Part shown: piece by piece, positions 30,847-42,873 of the stretch
Numbering within the stretch: position 1 is the first letter of the stretch
How the letters are laid out: every line of letters starts with the position of its first letter
NCBI RefSeq assembly: GCF_009914755.1
Contig: NC_060934.1
Reading direction: 5' to 3' (one strand)
Source of the DNA: the human T2T-CHM13v2.0 reference genome, Homo sapiens
Length of the DNA: 64,000 bases
The notes under the pieces: generated by a model
What the model was told of the DNA's origin: nothing
The model's database searches: none
What the model saw: only the letters and a program-made list of their open reading frames with translations
Position numbers and translations under genes: made by a program

Positions 30847-31916
30847 TTGAAATTTTTCTATGGCTTTATTCTTTCTCCAAGTACAGAGTCTACCCAACCT
30901 TCTGAGATCTTTGGTTTTCTTTTCCTAGGTAACTATAGTACATACTTATTTATGTTAAACAACAGCAATCACACATTTCTTTTTCTATACAGTCATGCTT
31001 TATAGGCAAATAAAGCCTCCGTCTTAGGCTTTCTGGATTTTTTCAAAAGATGCAATTCCTGGAGTATGTTTTTACTTAGAGCAAAGCAGCCTAGTCTCCT
31101 ATACCTTCTGCATCTGCAGAAAAGTTGGTTAAACAGACTTTGTAATGATGCCCCTTACAATTCTGAAGGGACTTGTGAAATAGTTTCACAGAGTTTCAGT
31201 GTTAGGTATATTTGATCAATGCTAACTTTTGGAAAACTTTGGTGCCTGTATGATTCAGAGGGTAGGGCAGAATATTAAATTAATCACAACTTCTTGTATT
31301 TTAACCATTCTGGGTAAATTGGGATTCCGTGACGCCCAGGCAAAATTATTTGTTTATAGAAGATGGGCTGAATTTTCCATCGTCCATTTCTGAGAAATGA
31401 GGTAGGTTTAGAAAGAGACAATCAGGCCTCTTCTTTAACAGAAATGTTTGTGTCTACTAGGTGTGTGTCACAATATGAGTTCCTGAAGAAATAAGTGTCC
31501 GCTATTGGGTTGTATACTTGTACTTCCTATTTTCTTATTTTGCACATTTTTCTGGTATTTCCCTTTCTATGGTGAGTGGCTTCTGATCGTCTTTCCTTTT
31601 GTAAAGTGTAATGATATGAGAATCATAATCGTGGTGCGGTCTTTTGTGTTGCATATTTGTAGGGGGTCAGTATGAATGGCCCGTGGTGAGGCTGCACTGA
31701 AAGATTAGGAGCAGCCACCTTGATGCGGAGGAGGCTTAGTGACTTTGGACATGATGGGCTATGGCTGGCTATACTCTCAGCTTTGGGCGCATAAGCAGAG
31801 TATTGATTTTGTATTTGGTTAAAACCAGAAGTACAACTTTCTGGCACCAGAGGATTAGGAAAATTTAACAGCGGAAAGCCATCATGAGGATAGTAACCAA
31901 TTAATTCGATTTTTTT

Positions 31917-32380
<464 letters not shown>

Positions 32381-32661
32381 TCAGGGATTTTTAGACTTCC
32401 ATTCTGGAAAAGAGGGGGTAGTTATTTTGGTGAGATTGTGGTCTTGTGGTTAGACCTTGTGATGGGGGCCTCAGCCAAAGGGTTCAGGATTTTTTTCCAA
32501 GCTTTTCCCTCACAACTTGAGTTAATCCGAAACGTTGCTATTAGGCCACCGGACATGCTTTTCTGCATGCCTGTGTTGGGCTGTTTGGATTGAAGGCCCA
32601 GCAAGGGAAGGCACCCTCGCCCATCTGACACAGGCAGGCCTCTACAATTTTATTCCCTAAC

Positions 32662-33259
32662 CAGGGCATGACAAACTATGGCCCATAGACCAAAATTGGC
32701 TTGCCACGTGCTTTTTTCTGGCCAGTGAGTTAAGAATGACTTTTTATTATCATTATTATTAATATTTTTTGAGCCAGGTTCTCATTTTGTCACCCAGGCT
32801 GGAGTGCAGTGGTGCAATCACGGCTCCTGCAGCGTGAAACTCCTGGGCTCTAGCAATCCTCCTGCTAACTTTTTTTATTTTTGTACAGTCTTGCTGTTGT
32901 TGCCCAGGCTGGTCTGGAACTCCTGGCCTTAAGCAATCTTCCGGCCTTGGCCTTCCAAAATGTTGGGACTACAGGCCTGAGCCGCTGCATCCAGCACTTT
33001 TATTATTTTTAAATGGTTGAAACACATCAAGAGAGGAATAATATTTTCTGACACAGGAAAATGATATGAAATTCACATTTCAGTATCTGTAAATAAGCTT
33101 TTATTGGAGCACAGCCATGATACAAGACATATACTGACTGCCTGTGGCTGCTTTCGAGTTACAATGGCTGAGTCGAGTAGTTATGACAGAGATTGTGTGG
33201 GCCGCAAAGCCTAAGATATTTGCTGTCTGGCACTTTGCAGAAAAAGTTTGCCAACCCTG
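32662..33259. mobile_element. MER58B (hAT-Charlie) interrupted by AluJ
   Basis: caggg..gacaaactatggccc start and cagaaaaagtttgccaaccctg end; internal aaataagcttttattggagcacagcca. Confidence 0.85.
32742..32995 (-). mobile_element. AluJ (internally deleted) inside MER58B
   Basis: TSD-like actttt(t)attat on both sides. Confidence 0.85.
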
Positions 33260-33398
33260 CCCTGAACAAATAAAGGGACAAATTCCACTTGCCCCGTCCA
33301 TCTGTGGAGCAGAGTCACTGAAAGGAAATACTGGAAATACTGGAAGCCACTTGGTGTTTTATCAAGGATGTGAGGTTTCCTGGCAACTTTGTCGCCAT

Positions 33399-33401
33399 AT
33401 C

Positions 33402-33461
<60 letters not shown>
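33399..33461. repeat. Trinucleotide microsatellite (ATC)5 ACC (ATC)15
   Basis: Counted directly. Confidence 0.97.
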
Positions 33462-33962
33462 TGCCCTTTAAGTTTTCTGCTTGTTTAGAAAAGAAATTTA
33501 TACAGAGCCCCCAGTAGCAGCTGTAAGGGGGCAGGTTCTTGGAGCAGCCCATCCTCAACATTCTTGCTGCTGATGGAAGATTCTCAAGGATGAAGGCCCC
33601 TCTATGGGAGCAGGATCAGTCTGGCTTTAGTAGATGCCAATTTCTGCTAAGACTATTTCCTAAAGGAGCCTCTCCTCATTTGCCTTTTCTCCCTGTTTTC
33701 ATTGGGGGAGGTGGAAGAGGAGAAAAATAATTAGAGATGCTCACCTTTTTCTTTTTGCTGGCAATTTAACAGTCTTTTCAGCTGCTTTGATTCCTTTCAG
33801 GCCATTGGTGTTGTATATATTTCAAGATTTGCTCACAGGTCCAAAGCTTAACTTAAGCTCCCTGAGACATATCATAAAATATGATTTGGGGAAAAACCCT
33901 AATGGGCCATGATCAGAACATTATTATTCAACAAAGGATGAAATGCTTAAGCCAAGATGGCC

Positions 33963-33994
33963 TTCTTTCTTTCTTTCTTTCTTTCTTTTTTTTT
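33963..33994. repeat. TTC(TTTC)5 T9 microsatellite = DG10S478 T2D marker (amplimer 33796-34179)
   Basis: Repeat counted directly; flanks TTCAGGCCATTGGTGTTGTA (33796) and AGTGGGATGGTGGGAACTTT (34160-34179) match the DG10S478 primers as I recall them. Confidence 0.85.
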
Positions 33995-36900
33995 AATGAA
34001 AGTTGAGCAGACTCCCGTCCAACAGTTTTCAATGTAGGAATTCCCACAGCCCCATTTGATTGCAGTTTGTTGAAAAGTTTAATGTTTTTGTAGGCAATTC
34101 ATAATTTCCACATTGAACAGCCTGAGAGGAAGAGAGCTGGAGCCCACTGTTGTTTTTGTAGTGGGATGGTGGGAACTTTTTTTTTCCCTCCCCCAAAAGG
34201 ATATAAAACTAAGTCAGATGGTTGGGAAAACGTGGCACAGGGTTCCAGCCCTTTTGTAAATCTGAGATGCCCCCTCCTTTAGGTCTTCCTTTAGGACCCA
34301 ACAGAATAGAAATTCCTGCTGCTTAATGTCTCCAGGAAGGAAAAAAATTTTCCTCTAGGCTGTAATAGTACCTAATTTCCTTTTTCTTCTCTTTATTTAT
34401 TTATTTTCCCTATTAATAAGCACCAATTGTAGAAGATGAAGGAAGCTGGGAAACCCATCACTTTTGGAGAAGGTTAATAGCTTCCTTTAGAAAATCCTGA
34501 CATAATACTTATTTCCCCAAAAGGCACTTCATCAGCCTGAATGCCAGTTAAGATTCAAGGAATGGGCTTGGATTTGTGTGTACCCAGCGGTTCTGTGGCA
34601 TCAAGTTGCACTGGGAAGGAGAGTTTGGGGCTGTCACTGTGGAGTCCCTGCAAGTCAGCAGGACCAGGGCTGTCTTCCTGCACCATCTGGATTTGGTTAG
34701 CTCTCTCTGGGCAGTGGGGCCGAGTCTCATTTCCTCCAACAATAATGTTATATAGGCAATGATCCTGGGCTGCCCTAACATAATTGAAAATTATGTGTAT
34801 TGTAGGCTTGGAGTGCTGAAATGTGGGCTCATAAAAATATGTGGTGCAGGTAGCCTATGGAGATTGGATGTGGCACACAATGAAGCTTTTATGTAAAGTA
34901 AGAATTATAAGTCTCCATGTTAATATTGTATTATGAGTATGACAGTTCTTGGGTGGGTCCTCAGGGCAGGTCTGTCACCTTCAACAAAGCCCGAGTTTCC
35001 TAATTCTACAGAGCTGGTATTTGGATGTAATCAAATCGGTTTTGCAGGTGGCCAAAGATGAAAACTTGTCCACCAATCCAGCTCTCCCCACTGAGGGATA
35101 GCATGGGATGTAGATGGGTTTGACTCCATTTGGCATTTTTGTTCACGGGTTTTTATGAGATGGAGAGGTGAGTGTTGGTGGGTGTCCATTTTGGTTGGCC
35201 TCAAGGAAATGACTCTATTGAGTGGTTTTGACCAATGCAGCTCATATAGTTATGTGGTAAGTGAGAATGGGAAGAAGTTGGGATGAGATGGGGCAGTTTA
35301 GATTCCCAGAGCCCTCTGGCCTGGGTTACAGATGGAGACTGGAAATATTTACTTTAGTGGTTCTCAACTTGAGATGATACTGCTCCCAGAGAAGGTATTT
35401 GGAAGTGATGAGATGGTAAGGATAACCAAGGGGGTTCCTGTTGGTATTTACTGTCTGGGGGCTTGGAGTCCTACAAGTCCTTCAGTGTTTGGGGCAGACT
35501 CCCCACCTAATACCCTGTCGCAGATAGGACAACTCATTCAGTACACAGATGAAAAAAACAGAGATCACTGAAGCAAGGGGAGTCGATGCAGGGTCTTGTG
35601 GCAAGATGCAGACACAACCGGACTAATAACTAGGTTGCTCACCACGGGAGGCCTCTAGGTGAAAGCTCTGAATTTGTAGCAGACACACCCACCTCGTATA
35701 GATCCTAGACGTCATGGGAAAATCGACTGTGTACTTTGGCAAGTAGTTCTTGGGCAATGATCTTCCAGCTTTAGGTATAACCAAATTTGGTTTGAATTTG
35801 CCAAGCAGTCGTATCTTCGAGGAACTCCGTCGGCTGGCTTGTGGATGGCTTTGGCACTTCTGTCTCTCGTGGGATTTGTGCAAACCCTTCTTTCTGTATT
35901 ATCCTTTCCTGTCTTTTTTCTTTCTATTGAAATTGTTCTGACCATCAAGACCTAACTCTGTGCAGCCTTCCCCAGTCTATTGTCCCAGAAATTCTGTCAT
36001 CTTTCTTGGCATTTCCTGAGTCCCTGAGTCTCTGTCACAGTGTCACCATGTTCTGTCTTGATTTACCTGTGTCTGTAAGGCTCCTCATGCTGGCAAAACT
36101 CCCCGAGAGCGGACATCTTTGTCTCTCCTAGTGCTTGTCACAGCCTGTACACAAAGCAAGTAGTACTCAGTGTTCATTGAGTAAAGTTTTCTATAGAATT
36201 AATATTAAAACCAGCCATTTATTTTGCTTGAGGAGGTCTCCGAAATGACCAAGGTGTCTCCTTATATCTTATATCCCCTCCAAGCATTCATTAACTGATG
36301 GATTAGTGAGTTGGCCTTGAGAAGCATAAAGGCTCGTCTCCATGTGCTTCTAAGCATTGTGTCTAAGTTCTGTTTGGTTTCCTGAGTGAAACTGTCTTAA
36401 TGTTACCAACAGAAGTTAAATGCCTAAGAGTTTCTTATACATGGGCTGAGTACCTCTGTGACTGGGCAAGCCACCTCACCTCATTTTACCTTGTCTGCAA
36501 AATGAGGAACTGGGTCAACTCATCGTTCAAATCTCACTGAAAGCTAATTGATCGCTTTTGACAGAAGTAGCTCCCTTGGGCCGTATATTTATTTCCTAGC
36601 TTGGAGGAAGGTGGGGACAGACAGAATTGATGTACACCTTTATTTTTATCTCTATGGTAAACCTGTGCATACTAAAGCATTCCTCTGGTCTTTTGAGATG
36701 AGTGTATACATTGTGTCTGGCCCTGTGCATTTTTTACCAAGAAGTAAGTTTTGTTGAGTAAACTTGGGTTGTATGAAGAACTGCATGCTCACCGTACTCA
36801 AGTAGCTTTTGCTACCTAAAGGACAGCTGCTCATATGTACTTGACTTCCTTTAAAGTGAAGGATGATGACATTTGAAAAACGGAGGTTGAAAAGGAGCAG

Positions 36901-37321
36901 ATTTGGAATTGATGGTTTCCTAGGACACTTCTGGCTTGAGATTTGTGTTTTACTTTCTTCCTTTGGAATAGCTCTATATTCTTTCCTCTCCCTCCCCACC
37001 TCTCCCACTCCCCTCCAGCCCCCACCAAGTTAAGGTAGTAGTAATGAAATCATTTTTTCTGAAGCTACCCTGTACTTTGAATGCAAAGACAAAAAATACA
37101 GTTGCTAGTAACATTAATCTTCTATATGTGTACTTACTGAACTTGAGCTCTGAGGAAGACCCTATTGGAATTGCATGCTTTTTTATTTTTTTAATGATTA
37201 TTTGCATGCTTGTATGTTTTTCAGTTTCTGACCCATGTCACAGTTATTTCTTGGGCTAGTTGTTCTGCATTTACTTTCTGAATTCATTGTTTTTCATTTC
37301 ACTTTTGTTTCCTCTCGCCAG

Positions 37322-37423
37322 TATCTCCAGATGAAATGGCCACTGCTTGATGTCCAGGCAGGGAGCCTCCAGAGTAGACAAGCCCTCAAGGATGCCCGGT
37401 CCCCATCACCGGCACACATTGTC
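37322..37423 (+). CDS. TCF7L2: TCF7L2 internal coding exon, 102 bp, phase 0/0: [34 protein letters not shown] (between the beta-catenin-binding domain and the HMG box)
   Basis: Peptide recognised as TCF7L2, which continues SNKVPVV in the next exon. Acceptor ...ctctcgccAG| and donor |GTAAGT at 37424. Contains RSPSP; codon TCC 37400-37402 is Ser154 in the numbering without the optional upstream exon, recalled as a reported TNIK phosphosite. Confidence 0.98.
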
Positions 37424-38619
37424 GTAAGTAACCTCCCAGAGATGATGGCTTCCTTTATTGAGGGGGTGAAAAAGAAAATGCTTTTTTGATGATAACAGGC
37501 CTTATTTGTCATTTTTTTCTTTCTTTAAACACATTTTCTTTGGAAATATTGTTGGGTATAGTTTATATCTATAAGGTATTCATTTTCTGCTATTGGACCT
37601 TAATGATTGTAACCTACCTGGAAATTTTACAAACCTTTCCTCCACTCTTTTCCATGTATTTGGTTAAAATCTAGCCTTGTGGGCTCTAGTTTATAGGACA
37701 CAATCACCATGGTATGGAGGAGACTAGAGGTGGTATCAAAGCAGTTATAAAAATACATTCAGGGCAGGTGAAGTGAAGAAGAGGGAATTAGAAAACTCAA
37801 AAGGGGGTCCTGGATTTGAAACTTGCCTATTATCCTCTCCCCCAATTTATCTTAATATTTGTTGGCAACATTCTACACTAACATTAGAAAAATTTCATCT
37901 GGGCTGGCTGACTTGTAAACCTAGAGTAGAAATGAACTTTGAAAGGCTAAAATGGAATTTAATCTATACATCCATGGCTTTGAAAGTATGTAGGTTTGAT
38001 AGAGAAAGCATTTGTTTTTAGTACTAAGAGACTACAAGTGTGTGTCTACATATATTTTTAATGTATTTTCTTAGGGTTTTGTAGGCTCTAAGAGTGGAAT
38101 TTATAAATTAACCTCTTGAGAAGATAGCTCAGCCTTATTTGAAGATTCCCTTCTATGTATTTATATCATGAGCTGGACTTCATACTTTTGAAATAATTAA
38201 TGGAAGGCATATTTTTATAATGAATCCATCCATGACAGGTAGAATTATGCAAAGCATGAATCAATCATGGGTTTTTCATTTGAGTATCACAAAATGTTAA
38301 TCATAAATACATTTTGCCTCTATATTGTAATTTCTAAAAATTGCAAAATAAGTTTCTTAAGTAGAAAAATCTTAAGATGCATTCTGCCATTTTGGGCTAA
38401 CTGCCTCCTTATTTTGGAGCTTGCTGTAATTGAGCATGTGTTATTTAATGAGTTATACCTCTGTCATATGTGTGTGTTTATATCACAAAATAACTTATTT
38501 TTATAAAACCATATTTTGAGTCATCATTTGTGACAATGTCTTCTTTTCTCTGGTATAAATGAGGCATGTAGAAAGAAGATTGACATTTGCTAGAAGCTTC
38601 CCCTTTCCTCTAACTCCAC

Positions 38620-38625
38620 AATAAA
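38620..38625 (+). terminator. First canonical AATAAA downstream of the exon (candidate intronic poly(A) signal)
   Basis: No earlier AATAAA/ATTAAA seen after 37424; TATAAA variants at 38502 and 38554; UGUA elements upstream. Confidence 0.45.
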
Positions 38626-38664
38626 ATGGATGCTCATAATTACATCTGCTCCTATAAGGTCAAG

Positions 38665-38810
38665 ATTTCAGGGCTGGAAGTGACCTTAGATCATTTAGGC
38701 CCAACTTGCCCTCAGGAAAGGAAACTGAGGCCCAGAGATGCCTTAAGTGAATTGCCCAATGTCACACGCTGAGTCAGTGGCCAGAGCAAGGCTTGGATCC
38801 AGTTCTCTGC
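38665..38810. mobile_element. MIR
   Basis: ggaaactgaggcccagagatg..aagtgaattgcccaatgtcacac core. Confidence 0.75.
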
Positions 38811-39062
38811 TCCCTTTCCAGAGCCTTGTGATGTCTTCTCTCCTACAGGAGGTGAAAATAACTGCTGTGGCTGGTTCTGTTTTGCTGACTGTAAATTGGG
38901 TCATGGTCAGGGACAGTGCATAGGTGTAAAGAAGTTGCTGGTTGGGGGTTCTAATGCAGGTTTCTCCAAAAGTGAATGCCCTGTTAAAAAAAAATTCTTA
39001 ACAAATATACAGAGATTTTTTTTTTAAAAAAGTGTGACAGTTCTAGACACCTAGAGAGTAAA

Positions 39063-39063
39063 G
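39063..39063 (+). other. rs7895340 site, G allele
   Basis: Flank gacacctagagagtaaa[G]tgaagaagcc recalled; spacing to the exon fits recalled coordinates. Confidence 0.6.
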
Positions 39064-41869
39064 TGAAGAAGCCTGTTTTCAGGTTTCCCGCCTCCCTGAA
39101 TTTCCCAGCATGGTCCAGGCTTTGAAATTTATTTATCTGCTTTTGGCAATGGTTGATGGGAATTTCCCACATTTATTTTTTAGCTACAGAGAAAGGACAT
39201 TATCTTTAAAATCTCTTCGTTGTTCTCTCTCTTTGAGTGAGGAGAGAAGATGTGAATCCTGGCAGTGGTTCAGAGTGGACACAGCCCCTGTGTTTGTGGC
39301 ATAGGCTCTGTGGGCCCCATGCCAGGGAGCAGTACCCCCGTGTAAAGGAGTGGGGGTTTGTCCATTTGGATAGAGCAAAGATCCTCCACCTCAAATCCCA
39401 CAAGAACAGTTGCCACAACCTGGGCCCTAAGCATCTCATTTTCCTATGTAGAAATTAATGATCTGGAGGAGATGGCAAAACATTCCTTCCAGAGCCTGTG
39501 TGGATTTTGGCCAGGGGTGCAGCAAGGGGGCTTAGGCACCTTTTTCCTCTGCTGTGTCTTAGCAGGCGTGTTGACCATAGCAACTCCCCTGGGGCATACA
39601 CACCCTCTTGTAGATGGAGACCTTTGTCCAAAGCAGCCACAGCTGGCAACTGTCTACAATCTTTTGGGCTTTCTGCTGTGCTCAAGGGGATCTGGGAATG
39701 GCCATTGCCTAGAGGGGATGGGCTGGTGGAGGAAGGTGGGCTCTGGGAGCCGGGGAGAAGGGAAAAGCCATGAATTTGGACAAAAGGACAAATGTGGTTT
39801 ACATTTGTGAAATACTTGAATGCTTGTCATGAATGGTGACTTTGGTTCTATGAGTCAGCCCTGTGATGGGGTATTTCTGCAGTCTTCACCTGACACCAGG
39901 GGTGAGAAGGAGGATTTCTGGGGAGGAGGAAAGAGTTGAGGGAGATAGGAAAGTAGAGTGGAAGAAAGGCCTTGCGTTGTTGACCTCTATCCACCTGGTC
40001 ACCTATAGTTTTTGGGATTGAGGATGCATACACCTTGAGACTACAAATTTATGATTATATTTTTGCTGAACATAAGGCAATGTGCCAACCAAAACCAGCT
40101 GTTCTTTGGCTGGTACAGTGTGTCTTTGTTTGTAAAGGGTGCATTCTGAATGGTGGCTGATACATCATTTGGGTCTTTGTACAGTTAAACATTGGCCAGA
40201 GGGTCTGGTTCGTGTTTAGAGTCGCCGATGAAGGGCTAACTTTTCTCCAGACACTTGGGGCTCTTGTTCACACTTTGCTTTTCACTCTTTTAAGTAAGAC
40301 ATAGTCACATCACAGTGTTTCATCAGACATGTTTCAAAATAATTGTCTAAGGATTGCTTCTTAATTTCCCCGAAATTTGGAATTGTTGTAACTTTTGGGC
40401 CAAGCTATTTCATAATTATTTCTAATGTCTCGCTTGAAGAATAGGGATGTATTCAGTGTTGATTATTAATCATTCGAAACTACAACTTTACAGATTGCTA
40501 AGAAGAATAACTTCTTCCAGTACCCATATGGGGCAGAATCTTCACGTGGGAATTCAGAGCATTTTGTTGGACTATTTTAATCTGATTGGATTATTTTCAT
40601 GTGGTATGTGGGTTACCACATTAGAAACGATTGATGTGTAGAATAAATGTTCTTAACAAGTGGAGGTCAACTTATCAAATGATATTTACATTAAGAATAG
40701 ACTCCACAAATTTTAGTTCCTGTAGCTGATATAGCATCTCATTTGTTATATAATCCAGTGATTCCTAATCTGTGTTCAGAGGAGAGAGGAAATCGATTGC
40801 AACAGGGACGATGCCTTCATTGGCTGGCCCAAAACTGGGAGTTTATACAAGGCGTCAGTCTTTGCCTTCCTCCTCCCTGCCTTCCCTCTTCCTTCTTCCT
40901 TCCCCATACTCCCCAACAAATTCATGGACTTCTTAACAACTCAGAGACATTAGCCACAAGTTCCAAGACACCCCCACCCCCCAGCCTCCCCAGTCCTATT
41001 TTCGCATTCATATAACTAAACTCTTTTTCTTTCTTGGTGGAGTTTTGAAATTTATATTTTTAATTCTTTGCTCCCTTTTTTCCTCTTACAAAATGAGTGC
41101 CAAGCAGCTAAGTTGTGCTGAGTGGTAGAGTTTGAGTCAGTCTTGGCTGGTAAGCTGTGGGGTTAGGAGCCGCTCCCTGGATACCACCTCTGGTGTCTTT
41201 GCTATACAAAGACTTTCATTTAGCCTCCTTTGTATCCAGCAAAAAAAGATTCAGTACCCAAAATGGTGGTATTTTGGTATAGTATGTATCTTACAAAACG
41301 GCAAAAGACTTCAAAAGTTCCTACAATTTTATCTTGGGGGTTTCCTTTTGAAGTCGATGTAGAATTTTACCTTGGGGTGGATTTTTTGTACTTCTTGGTC
41401 TGGTGTGTTTTGTTGTGTAATGAGCATGGAGGTGTGGGATAAGAAAGCAGACTGAATCCCGAGGAACAAAGCCTGCCAGACTGTGGTGGTGTACTTTTCT
41501 TGTTGTTATTGCTTAAATGCTGCAAGAGAGTGGAAAACTCTTACGAAATAATGCACGATGGGTAGAACTTCAGAGAAAATCTCTGCCGTCTACCCTGTGC
41601 ATTTTCGAGGAAGCTCAGAGGGCATGCTGAACCTTTGCTTTTTGTTTCTGAAGAGTTCAGGGGAACCTACCCATAATTAATTTTTTAAAACACTACCTAG
41701 AGAGCACCCTCTTGGTTATTAAACACATGCGCTGTTTCGATGGGATGTTTGACCTGGATTGTGGATGCTTGCTGGGACGTGGCATGTGTTGGGAGGCTCT
41801 GTGCTGCCTGCTGAGCACCAGCAAAGCCACAGTGGCCCCTACCTCTGTGGGAGGCCCTGTGCCAGGTGC

Positions 41870-42430
41870 CCTCAAAGAGTAGGGGGCCCATGAGGGTATG
41901 ACCAGGGGGACCTGATTTCGGCTGAGAAGTTGGCGGGGATTACAGGCCTGGGCGGCTCCCTGAGGAAATTGCATTAAAAATGAGATCTGAAGGCTTGATT
42001 GGGGTTGGCCCAATGAAGGGATAGGAGAAGGGATGGGGAGTGGGCAGAAGGAAACACATGTGTGAAGGTCCTCAAGGGAAAAGTGCTTGGCTTGGACAGA
42101 GGCAGGAAATCAGGTAGGAGGCTAGAGGTCGGGCAGGGCTCCGGGAGAGTGACTTGGGGTGCAGCATATGGTGAGGATCTGACACTGGGGAGTCATTTGA
42201 GCAGGTTGGCTGTTTCTGTAGGAGCGTGTGTTAAGCTGCTGGCAGTGGGGATGGTGAAAATAGAGATGTGGAGGAAACAGCAGCGGAACTTGCTGACAGG
42301 TTAGATATTGGCATTGAGGGAGAAAGGAGAGTCAAAGGTAGGTAGATGGAGATGCTTCACTGAGTGGGGAGTATTGGAGGAGGAGCAGGTTTGGGGTGGA
42401 AGCGTTGTCCTTTTAGAGAGATTGTATTTG
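41870..42430 (-). mobile_element. L2 fragments
   Basis: Degenerate purine-rich antisense L2 (gagatctgaagg, gatggagatgcttcactgag, ggaggagcaggtttgggg). Confidence 0.55.
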
Positions 42431-42651
42431 CCATTGATTGATTCATTCATTGTTTCTGCAAATATTTAGTGTGGGAAAAAGCATGCTAGACACCAAGAGA
42501 GAGTGGAGTCAATGAAGAACGATAACAGCAACAAAGACTGTAGCGCTTCCTATGCGAGGCTTGTTCCAGTTGCTTCAGAGGCTGTGTTACCCCTGTTCTA
42601 GAGAGGAGGAACTAGGCCCAGGGAGGTGGGGATTTGCCCAGTCGTGGGAGT

Positions 42652-42873
42652 CAGGATGTGAAACAAGGCACCCTGGCTCCAGAGCACACCGTCCTCTCAA
42701 CCACTGCAGAGAAGCTGGGAAAGAGACAAATAAGTGGGTGCTTAGAGCACAATGTGTGTGGTGTGCCAAGAGCAGCTGGGAGCCCTGGGACCCCCAGGGA
42801 ACCCCAGCCCCACCTGGGCATGGTGGGCATGGCTGGAGGAGGCCTGCTGGCTTTGCTGGAGAGTGGGACATGC
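42652..42873 (+). ncRNA. Candidate H/ACA-type intronic RNA (possibly SNORA87)
   Basis: I recall SNORA87 being annotated in this TCF7L2 intron at about this position (unverified). The sequence has H-box-like AGACAA 42724-42729 and ACA 42868-42870 three nt before the putative end; both motifs are short and common. Confidence 0.35.

Noticed and set aside
31015-31050. U7 snRNA-like taggctttctgg..tttt
   Set aside because: Only about 12 nt match; no Sm site context and no complete U7 stem-loop.
37235-37321. N-terminal part of ORF 37235-37489
   Set aside because: It is translation of the polypyrimidine tract; only 37322-37423 is the established exon.
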